Shown in pieces: positions 25,169 to 39,054 of a DNA stretch of 64,000 nt. The stretch is from Vicugna vicugna. Taxonomy: Eukaryota. The notes below the pieces were generated by a model that saw only the letters and a program-made list of their open reading frames with translations, was not told the origin of the DNA and searched no databases. The position numbers were made by a program, and so were the translations under genes. Each line of letters begins with the position of its first letter. Within the stretch, counting starts at the first letter, position 1. The stretch covers positions 3,784,001 to 3,848,000 of the forward strand of contig MU058687.1 in NCBI GenBank assembly GCA_013265495.1. Reading direction: 5' to 3'.

Positions 25169-27296
25169 TCTAATTGGTTTATTAGAGTTCTTTATATATA
25201 TATTTTAGATCTCAATCCTTTCTCTGTATATATATATGCATATATGTATATAAAATATAAAATACATATATATATGTTTATGTGTGTGTGTACACATACA
25301 TAAATAATATCTTCTTTCATTTTATTTCTTATTTTTCAGCTTCATTTATGGTATCTTTTCCCAAAAAGAGGTTTCAAAAAAAGTGATGTTGTCAAATGTG
25401 TTAATTTGGCCCTCCATGAAATTTTTTTTTACCTTGTCTGAGAAGTCTTTTCCTATTTCAGTGTCATAAAGCTAGCAGGCGTGACCCTATATATCCTTCC
25501 AATAGTCTTAAGGTTTTGCTTCTGACCTAATACAACAGGAGTGTGTTTTTGCATGTGGTATGGGACATAGGGAATAGAATTCTACTTAGTTATTTTCTCC
25601 CTTTAAAAACCAGTTGCCCCACAACATTTATTGAACAATGCATCCTTTACCCACGTAATTATAGTGCTCCCTTCATTATATACCCAGATCCTCTAAGTGT
25701 CCTTGTTTGAGGGTTTTTTCTGTCCACCAGTCTATGTGTTTAACCCTGAGCAGACACCACTGTTTTAAAAAGCCACCACTTTTAATGCTGGCCCCCAACC
25801 CCCGCCGCTATCCAACACCATCAGTTACCTTGTCCCTGTGATTCTAGAGAGCGCCAGTGACGTCCAAGAATACCCATGACCGCTGGTGGGGAAACTTGGT
25901 TTCCTGGCAGGGTTTTTTGGGGCATTTACCATCTGTATCTTCAACAGGCTTTGTGCAGAAATCAGAGCACAAAAAGCAATTTTTTTTCACCATCTAAGAT
26001 ATGGTTTTGAGATAAAAGAAGAGAGGTTTGCATTCGGCTGAGGGAGTGAGTGAGGACATAATCAGAAAAAGTCTCAGAGGTTGCAGGCCTCTGTGACACC
26101 TAAATGCAAGCAGAGAGCACACAGCTGGCTTCTGGGCCCTTCCTTGGAGAGCTTGCTGCCTTCAGGAAGGCTCTGGGAAGCTGTGTAAGTCAGATATCAC
26201 TTTCTCTAACTCAGGGAGAAAAGAAATTTTGGCCTCCTCAACCCTGTATGTGACTCTACACACCTGTCTTGGTTCGTACTGATCAGACCTTCCTGAGTGG
26301 CCAGTCCTTCCTCTTCCAAGAGGGCAGAAGTCTCGCCTTTCCTTCTGGCAACCCGGCCCTCCCAGCAGGTGCTCAGGCCACTGAAAGGAGGCTGTAATCT
26401 GGCTGGGACTTCCTAACTCTTTCTCATGATGGGGGAAGACGGATCCCACTCTCTGTCGAAAGTATAAAGCCTTCGATTCTTAGGTCTGGAAGGAGCCAAC
26501 AGATGATCATCTCTGTCATTTGTTTTTGTGTTTGTAAAGAGGACACGGGTTGGGAAAGTTTCAGTAGCCCATCCAGGCTGCAGTGCCGGGATAAGATGGG
26601 GAAAGGTGGGGAAAGCTCAAGAATTCAGGTCTCTGGGTTCCCACTCAAGTTCACTTTTCACTCTGCTGCTCTCCGACTGGAGGGAAAAAGATTGTGAGGG
26701 GAAAAAAAGAAAAAAACCCTGCAAAACTCTTCTTATGTGTGCCTCTTGCCCTGGTGGCCTTGGGAGCATGGGGGACTCCAGGCTGCAGGACTGAGGGAGA
26801 GACTACATTTCCAGAGATGATGGTTCCTAGAAATAGGCAATTTCTATATCTTCAGAGATGGGCCCCAGGGGAGGTACAGATTGAAATTCAGTAAACCTGC
26901 AACAAACCGGAAGTTTTGGTTTCTCATAGAAAAGAGCATGTGGAGTCCTTTCGGGGAGTTTACGGAGGAAAACTTCACCTCACTCTAAGGTCATTTGTGA
27001 ATCAGACCTTAAAAAATTGTCCATTTAGTCCCAGTGAGCTGCATTTTTATTTGAAAAGTCTTCTAGCTTCATTTTTGAATGACATTAACTTGTTAGCGAC
27101 TGTTCACACTGTGGCTTTAGGTCGTTTTATTTCAGCAAATGCCATCTAATAGCTAAAAGGTAAATCTATCTGAAATGGGAAGCATTGTTTGACATAAGAA
27201 TAAGCATCCAACTTAACGATGTCTGTATCTTCGAAATGGGGACGCCTCTGTAGACTTCCGGAGTTTTGAAGAGAAGCTGACAGAGCATCACGGCCA

Positions 27297-27315
27297 TTGC
27301 GCCCTCTTGTGCAGG
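27297..27315 (-). promoter_or_regulatory. Candidate CTCF motif
   Basis: Minus strand reads cctgcacaagagggcgcaa, close to the CCASYAGRKGGCRS core. Confidence 0.3.
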
Positions 27316-27807
27316 CAGACCTCGTATTTATTGTGCTTCAATTTATTGTGCTTCACAGATAATGATTTTTTTTTTCAAATTGAAGGTTTGTGACAACCCT
27401 GTGTCCAGCAAGTCTATTGGCACCATTTTTTCCATCAGCATTTGCTCACTTCGTGTCTGTGTCACATTTTGGTAATTCTTACAATATTTTATACTTTCTC
27501 GATACTACTATATTTGTTATGGTGACCTGTGATCAGTGATCTGTGATGTTAGTACTGCAAAAAGATTATAACTTGCTGAAGGCTCAGATTATGGTTAGCA
27601 CTTTTAGCAATGAAGTATTTTTAAATTAAGGTATGCATATTTTTTAAGACATAATGGTGTTGCACACTTCATAGACTACAGTATAGTGTAAACATAGCTT
27701 TTATGTGCACTGGGAAACCGAAAAACTCATGTGACTCTCTTTATTACTGTAGTCGCTTTTTTGCGATGGTCTGGAACGGAACCTGCAATATTGCTAAGGT
27801 GTGCTTA
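27312..27807 (+). mobile_element. Tigger1 internal-deletion derivative (Tigger1a-type MITE)
   Basis: TIRs caggcagacct / aggtgtgctta; ttgaaggtttgtgacaaccctgtgtccagcaagtctattggcacc; cttgctgaaggctcagat; tggtctggaacggaacctgcaatat. Confidence 0.9.
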
Positions 27808-28599
27808 TATTCTGCTGGTCAAAGCAGCCGTAGAAGCCAGAGTCAAGGGATAAGGGCAGGGACCCTGCCCCTTGGTGGGGAAATACTAGAGAAGGTGTGG
27901 TTGCCACATTCCCTTTCCACCTCTTTTCATCTGAGGCTGTTGCCCCAGCCTCTCCTTCCAGTCCCCCAGTCTGTTGCGGCCAAATCACTCTGAGAGCTCC
28001 TGAAGTCTTCCATGCTTCTTTCTGCCCCTTGTCCAGCTGTGTGCTTAGAGCTCAAGTAAAGACAGACACAATCTCAAATGATCACCGGGGCAATTTTTAA
28101 AGGTATTATTCCTCAGCTGTTGCAATACTTTGGGACACATAAAGAGTAGGACCAGGGTCCTCTATTTTCAGCACAACTTACATCACCTTTGAGGGTCCAC
28201 CAGTAAGAAGAAAGGATTTTTGTTTGTTTTTAATCTCATCATGCCTGAAAGATGTGTTTGCTGAATATTCTCTCTTTACTGCATGTGACTGTTGTGAGAT
28301 AAAAATTTAACAACCAGTAACAAGTTTTATGTGCTTTCTGAAGGAATAAAGATTAGAAAAATCTCTGGAGACTTTCAGGCTTTTAATTGAGTAAGATGTC
28401 AGTGTAAAGTAAGAGGATGGGGTGGTGTCTGTTGAGGGGCAGAGGGAATCCACTGTCCATGGTGAGACTTAACAGTCAGCACACAGTGCCCAGGGGTGGT
28501 GCCAAACAAGGTGAAACAGGTAAACCAGGAGACCTTACCTGGAACCAGGGGAAGCAGTAAGAGGGGCTGCAGCCACCACCCACATAGGTGTTCTACTCC

Positions 28600-29040
28600 C
28601 CTTCTGAAAATTACCCATCAAGCCGATGTCATCTCTTGTCTGGATCATGACAGTAGCTTCCTAATTGGTTTCCTCATATTTTTAACTAAATTAAGTTTCA
28701 AAATAAAATCTTGTCATATTACCTCCACCTTTCTCCTCTGGTAAGAGCTTCCAAAACTTAGGATAAGAACAAAACCATAACCACTAACAAGGCTTGCATA
28801 ATCTGATTCCTGCCTATCTCACTGCCTGCCCTCCACCCAGCCACACTCCCCCCCACCCCCATCCCTGGACCATCTCTCAATATACTTACTCTTGCTTTCA
28901 GGTCTCTAACCACAGTGGCATTTTTTTTCCCAGGCCCCATATGAACCCAGTTTCTTCAGCCACATAGCCTTGATGTATGCTGTTCCCTCTGCCTGGAATG
29001 CTTTTCCCTTCCTTCTTATCTGAGCTCCCATGAATTCATC
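28600..29040 (+). mobile_element. L2 fragment
   Basis: catctcttgtctgga...tagcttcctaattggtt ... tgctgttccctctgcctggaatgcttttcc. Confidence 0.75.
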
Positions 29041-30602
29041 ACTGATCAATCGTTAAAACATGAGAGCGAGCCATTCAGAGGATCACACAGTCACAATAGG
29101 AAAGGGGCTGGCAGGTTATCTCCTCCAGCTGCTCCCAGCACTTGGGCAACAATGGAGCACCTTCATCCCCGTGTAGCCTTCAGGCTTGTTCCACTTGTCG
29201 TGGAAATTGGCCAAACTAGTGGTAACCTCTTCTCAGCAACCTTGGGAAGAGTTGGTAGAAAATCTGAACTTAGTCCTGCAGTGTATGTCTGAGACAGGAG
29301 AGGAGAATTAGGAAATGTCAATGCCAAAGGAAAGGACAGCTGTTGACACAGAAACTCTCGCTCACTGGGCTGAGTTGGGCTTCTCTTTTCTCAGATGGTC
29401 TTAGCTTTCAAGCCTTAGAAAATCACTGAATCCCAACTCCTTTGATTTTACCCAGATGTGATTTATTCAGGGCCACCCAGTGAATTAGTAAGAGAACTGG
29501 GACTGGAATGCAAGCCTCTTCCTGATAAGGAACGTGGGCAAGTCTGGAGTAGATGGGATAGTCCAACTCTAGGCCTCACCTTGTAAGTCCTCAAGGCACC
29601 AAACTGACATGTTACTTTCCTCTGCCTCAGAAAGGGAAAAGCTTGGGACTCCTCCCTGGTTTTTAGTGATGCCCGTACTCCTTTGGACCCTGCCTGTCCT
29701 TCCAAATTCTCTGCTTTTGCATTCACCCAGTCTCCCTCCAAGTGGAAACTCGTTCCTCGGGGTAATCAATGTCCCTCTCAGCCAGAACCGTGTTACCAGG
29801 GAAACCATTCCAGGCAACCGACTTGGGCTAATTGAGATGCAGCTGCAGAGCCCAGGGCCTGCGTTAAGGGCAGCTGCTAGCAGAGTGGGCAGTTTTTGGC
29901 AACTCTGGAGTATATTGTACCAAGTGGGACATGGTAATTATGTATTTGTGGCTTTCATTGTGTGCCAGTTTAATTGTCATGGATTCATTGTTGTTTTTTT
30001 AATTTTTATTTTTTTTCCCAGACACTCAGCAAAAGAGGGAAATTGATGCCATAGGGCAGGTTTCTTACTGGAAGAGGCATTCACTTGGGTAGAAAAATAA
30101 ACCCAGTGATTTAACACCATTTGATTGGTCAGGAAGTTGTCCCTAAATGGTAGGCATACAACCCCAGCGTGGCTGTCTTGGGGCCCTCACCAAGGGCCTG
30201 TAACTGTGTCAATGTGAATATTAACAATAAAAGGTGAGTTGGGGTTGGGACGGTGGTATACAATTTCTCCTGAAGAGAAGGGCCCGAAAGCTTCATTTCA
30301 TTACTGGCCAGTCCCTGGCTGCAAGACTGTAGGTTTTTTGAAACCTTTGCCCTGTCCCTTGCTCATGACAACTTGGAAATACGGTGTCTATTATTTTAGG
30401 CATAGCCAATGCAGGAGGGTCCCAGCGTATGCATGGGATTATTTATGTGGGGTAATTTTAACCATGGTACCAGGGAGAATACTGTTTTTACCTAAGAGTT
30501 GATAGATTGGCTAAGATAACCAGCTCTTTAAGTGAGTCTCCAATATGGTGGATATGGTCAGTTTACATGGAGTTTTCCTGGTAGTTCATCAATTTATGAT
30601 GA

Positions 30603-31351
<749 letters not shown>

Positions 31352-31366
31352 GGATATATGATGGAA

Positions 31367-31500
31367 AACATGGGTTCCAGTCCTGGTTCTACTCTTACTG
31401 GCCTGTGGAACCTGGGGTCAGTCACTTAAGCTCTTTGAAGCTTGGTTTCATTTTGAGCAAAGTAGGAGGGAAGTGAGTCGCCTGTATGCTGCGGAGGGCT
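31367..31500 (+). mobile_element. MIR SINE (downstream flank of the retrocopy)
   Basis: tgggttccagtcctggttctactcttactggcctgtgg...gtcacttaagctctttgaagcttggtttc. Confidence 0.7.
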
Positions 31501-31534
31501 GCGGTGGTGGAGGTAATCATGATGGTAGCTCAGG

Positions 31535-31750
31535 TAACGTTACCTTAGTATTAACGTGCTTACTGCATATCAGGTACTGTTCTAAGCAACATGTGTGGGT
31601 TACCTCATTTAATCCTCACAGCAATTCTGTGGAATTTACCAGATTTAATTTTTTTGGTTGAGGCACAGAGAGGTCACACAGCTAATAGGTGGTAGAGCCA
31701 GGATTCTAAGCCATGAAATCTACCTCCAAAGCATTTCCTGTCATTCCGTT
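31535..31750 (-). mobile_element. MIR SINE
   Basis: cctcatttaatcctcacagcaattctgtg...tgaggcacagagaggtcacacagcta. Confidence 0.8.
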
Positions 31751-32522
31751 GCTGATAGGATCAGAATGAATGCCTTTAGTCCTGGCTGCCGTCCTGAGGG
31801 AGCACCACTGGGGGTCTCTGTAATTTGCCTCGGCCTGTATTGCTTGTGTAGAGACCACTATAAAGGAATCGGCTTCCCTAATGCATTTTGGGTCTTAGAT
31901 TCTGTGGGGAGCCCCACATTTCGTCTCCACTACAGCAGCTCTTCTCCTTTGATGTCAGGGTGTTTGGCTAAGAACTCTTGGGTAGCTATGATCCAGCTGG
32001 GAGCTGCCCAGCTATGCTGCTTGGATGATCATCCTTAGCTGATCCCGTCTCTTGGGGTAAATCTTAAGCTTTGGATTTGGTGAGGGTCAGATTCTCCTGC
32101 CTTCACTGAGCATTCTGTCCAAAGCTCACTGTTGCTTGGAAGGACCTGTATCATGCATTATTCAGAAATGTGGATGAGTTCTGGGCCAGTGCCCAAACCC
32201 TAGAAGAAATCACCTAGTAGAGCCAAGACAATTCAGGCAGGGGCCTTACAGGAATTTAGCAAGGTCTCCAGTGCTCACATTGTCTCTGACTTTTGGTTTG
32301 TATGGCAATGCATGTATTTATTATAGGCAGAGATTCACATTCTTTTCTTTTGTGCTAGTAATTTGAGCCAGCTTGTAGGAATGGGTAGGTGGAGAAATAT
32401 GTATGTAAGTAAGGCTGTAGTCTATTTTGTGGGACCATTATATTTTTTTCCCAGATAGAATTTCTTATTTAAAGAAAATGATTTTCAAAGCTGGTATTAA
32501 GTCAGATTCTATGACAGGTAGG

Positions 32523-32865
32523 CAGTGGTTCCCAGCCTTCGCTGCACATTGGAATCAATGGGGAGCTTTAAAAAATTCTGAGGTCTGGTTTTAATTGGTT
32601 TTAGGTGTGGCTTGGGCATTGCAATGCTTTAAAGGCTCCCCAGGTGATTCTAATGTGTAGCCAGGCAGGACCAGCTTCATGGGTAGGCAAACTGTGCAGT
32701 CACACAGAGCCCCATGCTTAGAAGGGCCCCACACTTGGCTTAATGCTCTGCTCTTACCATCTTGGAATTCTGAATAATTTTTGAACAAGGGATTCCATGT
32801 TTTCATTTTGCACTGAGTTCCGTAAATTATGTAGCCAGTTCTGCAGCCAGGGTTGAAAGCATCCC
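32523..32865. mobile_element. MER5B interrupted by MER45A
   Basis: cagtggttcccagccttcgctgcacattggaatca...ctccccaggtgattctaatgtg; resumes as cagccagggttgaaagc at 32844. Confidence 0.85.
32666..32843 (+). mobile_element. MER45A hAT-Tip100 MITE
   Basis: caggaccagcttcatggg...cagtcacacagagcccc...ttttcattttgcactg...aaattatgtagccagttctg; 8-bp TSD tagccagg/cagccagg. Confidence 0.85.
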
Positions 32866-33769
32866 TTATAAAAGATGATTGCACATGCACCAACTCAGGG
32901 TCCTCTTAGGAGCAACATGTCAGTCAAGCTTAGCACTAGTACCCATGAGGGTTTGGACGTGTCCTGGTATGTTGTACCCTGTGGTACTTTTTTTCTTTTC
33001 AAGAGACTTTGCAAAATTATTCCTAAGGTAGTTATTAACCTTGCTGTCCAGTGCTGGTTGCGAAGCACACACTCGGACTACTAGACACAGTGCCAGGAGG
33101 CCTGGTGTGAGCCCATCTTTCTAGGAGGCCTCTCTTGTGATGGAGACTTGGGCAGGTGGACTCACTGCAGTTGCTGTGCACCCCGCTGCCTTCTCCAAAA
33201 CCGTATTCCATCATCAGCTTCCCCTTGTCTTTCTGGAAGTTTTAATCTCTTTTTTGATTCTGGCACTTTCCACGCTCCTAAAAATAACTTTCTGCAAAGT
33301 ACTACACTTCACCAAGAAGCTCTTTGGAAGAGGAGCTGCCCCTCACCAGCTCCACGTCCTTAGAACCATTCTTTAACCCTTTGTAGCTTGGCTTCTGCCA
33401 CACCAGCTGCCCAAAAGGACTCTGTGCAAGGCTGCTAGCTCCCTCCTAGCTGCTGAAATTGCTTTATTTCAGTTCCCATCCTGCACTTCTCTAGTGAACA
33501 TCACAGTGCAGAAGACGTTTCCACCTTGTTATAAATGCAAGTTCATGGGCCATACCCATACTACTGACACAGAATCTCTAGGGAAAGGGGCCCAGTGATT
33601 TTTTCTTAAAATCTCTTCCATTGATTTCTACGCATGCTAGTGTTTAAACCCACTGCTTTATGGATGTTTATTGAAGAAATTTCATCCTAGCACTTGTAAG
33701 ACTTAGTGCACTACCTTTTATTTCTAACTTCGGGTGTCAGCTTTATGTTGAAATTATACAATGCTGGGA

Positions 33770-33985
33770 GGTAGCTGAGATTAGTGATTAAGGGCATGGG
33801 ATCCAGAGCCACTAAGTTGGAATTTCAACTCTGTCCTTTACTACCTGGGTCACCCTGGGTGCCTCAATTTCTTCATCTCTACAATAGGATAATAATAGCA
33901 CCCACCTCATAGGATTATGTAAGACTTCAGTAAGTTAATACATGTGAGGCAGTTAGAACTGTGCCTGTGTATATTGAGGAGTCAA
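33770..33985 (+). mobile_element. MIR SINE
   Basis: gtgcctcaatttcttcatctctacaataggataataatagcacccacctcatagg. Confidence 0.85.
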
Positions 33986-34389
33986 AAAAATTTTGCTTTT
34001 AGATTGTATTTTTATGCTTTTTTTTGTGTTTAAATTTTATTTCCTCCCAAAGCTAAGGTTAAGATGCTCAACAGAGGAGTTCCAGTTGGATGAGTTTCTA
34101 TCTTACAGTTACTGGGACAGTTGTCCTTCCCCTCCTAGTTCAAAGCTGTGGTCTGCAACCATTTTCCTCTTCTTAGGTGCCCCAACCCACCTGAGATACA
34201 TGCCCTGCTCCGATCAGTGATAATGATTTCCCATGGCAGCGGTTCTCAGCTGGTGATCCTCTCCAGCTGGGATTCACTGACCTACTGTCATCTAGGATCT
34301 TACTCTTACTCTGGCAGTATTGAGTTAATTTTAACACAACAAGAAAGCATTCAAAAACTGGAGCAGGAATGACTGTTGAAGTTGTAGAG

Positions 34390-34570
34390 AACTGGTTCTC
34401 AACTTTTCTGAGCAATAGAATCACTTGAGTATTAAAACAAGAAGACCAATAGTGCTCAGGTCCTACCCCAAATCAATTAAACAGAAGTCTTTGGGCATGA
34501 GGCCTGGCATTGGTGTATTTCAAAAGCTCCCTGGGTGAATCTAATGTGCTGCCAGAGTTGAGAATTGATG
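34390..34570. mobile_element. MER5B
   Basis: tggttctcaacttt...agaatcacttg...aagctccctgggtgaatctaatgtgctgccagagttgagaa. Confidence 0.8.
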
Positions 34571-36299
34571 TCAGGTAAGACATGGGACTCAGTATTGGGA
34601 GGTAGGGGATGGGACTGGTCTCTTGGGAAAAAGAACAAGCCCTCACACCTGTTGACCTCTACAACTTACTTGGATAAAGTGTCTCAAACATATTGAAATA
34701 GAAGTGTCTACAAGAGGCCAAGAGGGAGATGGAGATGGACTGGATGATTTAATGGGCCATCTCTCCTGTAGTTAATTTTGCTAGATCTCTTGCGCTGTAT
34801 TGATTTTGTAAATTGCTTTTGTCACATCAGCCCCATCTGCCTGTGGGAACTGGTGGGTCTTAAAAACTGAATGGGGGGTGGGCAGATTAATCAATATCAA
34901 GATTTATTGACTTGGGACATTTATATTAACTGTAGTGAAGTCAGGATTAATTTTAACCTTTTCAATACTTGATTAAGTGGCATAGTTTGTATTACCTATG
35001 GGGTATTTTGCAAATACTACCCTTCATGGCTTTGGTACAGCTCTCCCCTCCACTTCCTCAGTGACTCCCCTTGTTTGTGAAACTATCAGGATTTATATTA
35101 TAATACAGTTGAATCAAGATACTCTTCAAAGGCCAAGCCACAACTATAAGAAGAAATCCTAAGTTCTGCTTGCACGTTACCTCTTTCCAATTTCTCCCGT
35201 GAAATACATGTTCTTTTTTTTTTTTTTCACTCGGGTTAAATTTTCAGCTATTTTATTTTCAGGAGCAGGAACTAGAGATATACATATTTTAAAAATTCTG
35301 TTCTTTATGGAAAATTTGCGTATTGCTTTTAAAAAGTCAACAACTACTTTGTTTAATTAAATAATTAATGCCTCTCACCAAGAAGGATTTACCCTATCTT
35401 TTTCAAAGGGCATACATGAGAACACTTCAAACACAGCCTGTTCTTATCGGGGATATTTTTCATATCATTATGCATGAGCAGGGCTCACCGTTAAAAAGAG
35501 AAGAATTTTGAGTTGTCTGGTCTTGGTGAGGGGGGTGCATGGAATCATCCCCTTCCCTAGCTCTCTTGGTGCTCTTATGAAAAAATACTAAATCTGTCTG
35601 TAAGAATTGTGGCCATGTTTTGTGGGGTACGAGATGGATCCAAGCTCATGATTCTCCCTGGGATCTGTCCACATGATACTGGGCTTGTAAACAGGTTACA
35701 AGACTGTCTACAATGATGAAAAGATGCTGTCGTCACGGGGGGTTGTCATAGTGGGGGGTACTGTTGAGGGAGGCCTTTTGATTGTTTCTCTAAGGATAGA
35801 GGCTAGTGAGATGTGAGCTACTGAGAGCCAGGTTGCTCAGGCATGGCTTGAGGCCACAGTTAGTGCACAAGATAGGTCTCTGCTGACCTGGACTGAGAGT
35901 GTCCTGTTTCTTAATAAAGAAATAAGATCCTCTCATGAAGGCCTTCCTAGTCCTCTTTGCTCTTCGCCCACTTCACTTAGGGTGCCCTTGAGTCGGTAAG
36001 GTCGTTTTTGCTGATGGCTGCCAGCTGCCTACCCGCTGTCCCTCCTCCAACCTGGCTGGGGATTGTTGCTGTGTTTCACTGCACATTACCCGTGACTTCT
36101 TGGCAAGGACTTGCAGGGCGTGAGTATCCACTCTGCATGACCCACCATGAAGCACTTCTCTAGCCTCTGATGTTGATAAGCCCTTGCCAAGCCCAATTCT
36201 TAAGTTCTTGGCAAATGTTAGCTCTGTCTCATCTATTTATTTTCTTTTAAAGATGGGCTAAGCAAGGGCAAGAAGAGTGTGTGATAATGATGGTGAAGA

Positions 36300-36520
36300 A
36301 GACAACTATTTATTGAGAACCTATTATGTGCCAGGTCCTAGATTATACCAGGCATGGCTGCTGTTTCCTTAAATCTTCATAAACATTATACAGAGTAGGT
36401 ATCTTTCCCCCACTTTGCTTATAATAAAACTGAGGCACATACAAGTTGTTTAAATTACCAGAAAGTTATCAGTGTCAGAGCCTCATTGAACTCAGCCCTG
36501 ACTTCAGAGCCCACTGTGGT
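36300..36520 (-). mobile_element. MIR SINE
   Basis: atttattgagaacctattatgtgccagg...aaactgaggcac. Confidence 0.7.
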
Positions 36521-36879
36521 GCTCCACCCTGATCTTGACTATTCAGCCCTTGGTTCAGAGCTCTCTGCCTGATTGGAGAGTCCACTATGTGTTCGATACT
36601 TTGCATGCCCAGGAGCCTTCCTCCTTCATTTATCCACTATGAGCCTATCTTCTCAAGGCTCTTGATTAAAGGAATAAAAATCTAAAATCTTTTAGCGCTT
36701 TTCTTATCCTATATTGTCCTAAGCTGCTCTCAAGGTTTCCTGGAAGACAGCATCAGATACAGGCTCACTGCTTTGGAGAACCTCCCTTCTCAAATTCTTG
36801 CCAAGTTTCCCTCTGTGGAGCCCTCGTGCAGCCCACTCAAGTCAGGGCTATAAGGAGCCTCTTCTCCCACAGTCCTTTA

Positions 36880-37060
36880 TTTTTGTTATACTCCTTTCAC
36901 AGCCCTGGGAAGTAGGCAGGATGGGCATTACTGCTCCTGTCCCATAGATAAGGACTCTGAGATCAAAGGGCTAAGGTGACTTCATTGAGGAGACAGTCAG
37001 GTAGAACCTGGATATTGTAACTCATAGCCCCAGGGTCCTTGTCACCAGACCACACTGCCT
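36880..37060 (-). mobile_element. MIR SINE
   Basis: cacagccctgggaagtaggcagg...atagataaggactctgag...aaggtgactt. Confidence 0.6.
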
Positions 37061-38322
37061 GCCAGTCACCTTCTTAAGCCATATGTGTTTACTTGAGTGG
37101 ATATGGTAGGATTCTGTTTCTTTTATTATTTGTCTTAGGGCAAATCAAAGAAAGTTGAGCTAATAGCTAGCAGTGTCACTAGGAAAAGAGAGCAGTGCTT
37201 CTGGCTCATATTAAGAGGAAGAATTCTGACTTTGGGGTGGAGTAGGGGGCTGTAGGAGGAGAGAATTTAGGTTGAATGACGTCAGCCATCTTACTCTATG
37301 CTTAGCTGGGAGGCAGATGGTGGACTTAAAAAATCGAGAGCACTAGGACTTGGATCTGGACTTCCAGAACACCTGCCAGAACAGTGGCCTCACAAGTAGA
37401 GTGTGCCTGTTGCAGGGTTCATAAGTGCTAAAATTCCATTTATCTTACAGCAAAAAAGGAAAACCTTAAGTTTAACGTACTTTTCCTGGTAGATTAAGTA
37501 TTTTTACTTTTTTAAAAATTTGAAGTACATTTGAAATTTAGCCTGTTTTTAATATGTGGATTGCTAAGAACATCCTCAGATAATCTGGTGTCACTGGGCT
37601 ACCTGTCTCACACAGTGTTTACATATCCTGAACGAAGGGCAGGCTCCCCGCACACATATCTGAAAGGAAGAGAAAATTTGACTTTGGTACTTTTATTTGT
37701 TCATTTGTCCTCAGTGAACTCGGACACATCACATTTCAGTCTGATAAAGTGGATTTATGGATTATCTGATCTAGTTTTTATGAAACCAACCATCACAAAA
37801 TAGACAAGTGGCTTATACAAACTCCTGTTAGGAGACCTTGGATTGAAAATAATAGTGGTATTATAAGTGAGCAACAGTACAATGGCAGAGCTGTCCCTCC
37901 TACCCCGAACTGCAGCGCTTCGTCAGCCATGTTATGATGGAAAAACAGTGAAGGTGTAATCAGGACTGACACAAAGCCAGCCACCAAAAAAATCATCAAG
38001 AAAACCATCTGAAATATAGATTTGTTTCCACCATTGTTAACGACGGACCTTTCCCTAAGCCCCAATGTGCCTTGAAATGTTGCTTAATAGTATAGTGGAA
38101 CCATCATGATTAGCAAGAAATTTAAAAATACTTATATTTCGTATGTATCCCATCCTTTTCAAATTTCATGTTTTGATGTAGGTTTTATAATTTATATAAT
38201 GTTATCATAGGTCTTGTACATAATTTATCAGTTTTATATATACATACATACATATATAACATATATGAATTTTTTTTAAATGTGTATGTTGCATGCTCAA
38301 ATAATTTTTAACTGATACGATT

Positions 38323-38695
38323 GTGTATTCATCAGGGAAAAGTAACTGCTGGATCAAATGACTCCAAGTTCTACTGGCTTAATAAAGGTTATTTCTTGCT
38401 TATGTCTAGGCCCAGTATAGGTCAGCTGAATAGAGCAAGGCTCCACTCCATGTAGACATTCAGAGACCCTGGCTTCTTCCATCTACTGTCTCTGTCATGC
38501 ATCCAGCTGGCAAATGAAAAAGGACGAGTATGGAAGATTAGGCTTTTTATAGGTCAGGTTTAGAGTGGCTACATCACTTCTTCCCATATTCCTTTGGCTA
38601 GAATTCAGTCATAAGCCACTGCCAACTGCAGGGGAAGCTAGGAAATTGTTGTCTGTGTATGAATCCAGTATTTGAAGGAAAACTGTTTGGAGAAC
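38323..38695 (-). mobile_element. Old MLT1 (MLT1J/K-like) MaLR LTR
   Basis: tggcttaataaaggttatttcttgct...cattcagagaccctggct...catcacttcttcccatattcctttggctagaattcagtca. Confidence 0.7.
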
Positions 38696-38834
38696 AGTAG
38701 AACTCCTAGCCAGTAGACTATGATCAATCTTGACCTTAGTAGAAGATTTTAAAAGTCTGGAGACTACTTTGCTTTCAGGAGTTGGACAACCCCAAAGATA
38801 GAATATTGTGGTTAGAATCTGATGTATTAGAATT

Positions 38835-38950
38835 AATTCACCAATTCAACAAATGTTTATGGAGTGTTATGTGCCAGGCACTGTTCTTGGCTCTGGGAAC
38901 AAAGCAGTGAGCAAAACAGACAAATATTTCTTCTTCTGGGAAGATTACGT
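38835..38950 (-). mobile_element. L2 3' end
   Basis: attcaacaaatgtttatggagtgttatgtgccaggcactgttc. Confidence 0.85.
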
Positions 38951-39054
38951 TTGAAAGTGTGTTCTGAATAAGAGAGGCTTGAGTGCGGGCAGAGCCGTGC
39001 AGATAGAGAAAAGGGTAAGGAGTGATTTTGAGCGAGTTACTTTGATTTTTCAGC

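Larger units (their letters stand above)
23410..25780 (-). mobile_element. Old L1M (L1ME-like) 3' region with nested younger L1 tails
   Basis: Degenerate L1 3' motifs (tgattgcaccaatttaaactcccaacaacagtg; ccagttgccccacaacattttattgaa). Confidence 0.75.
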
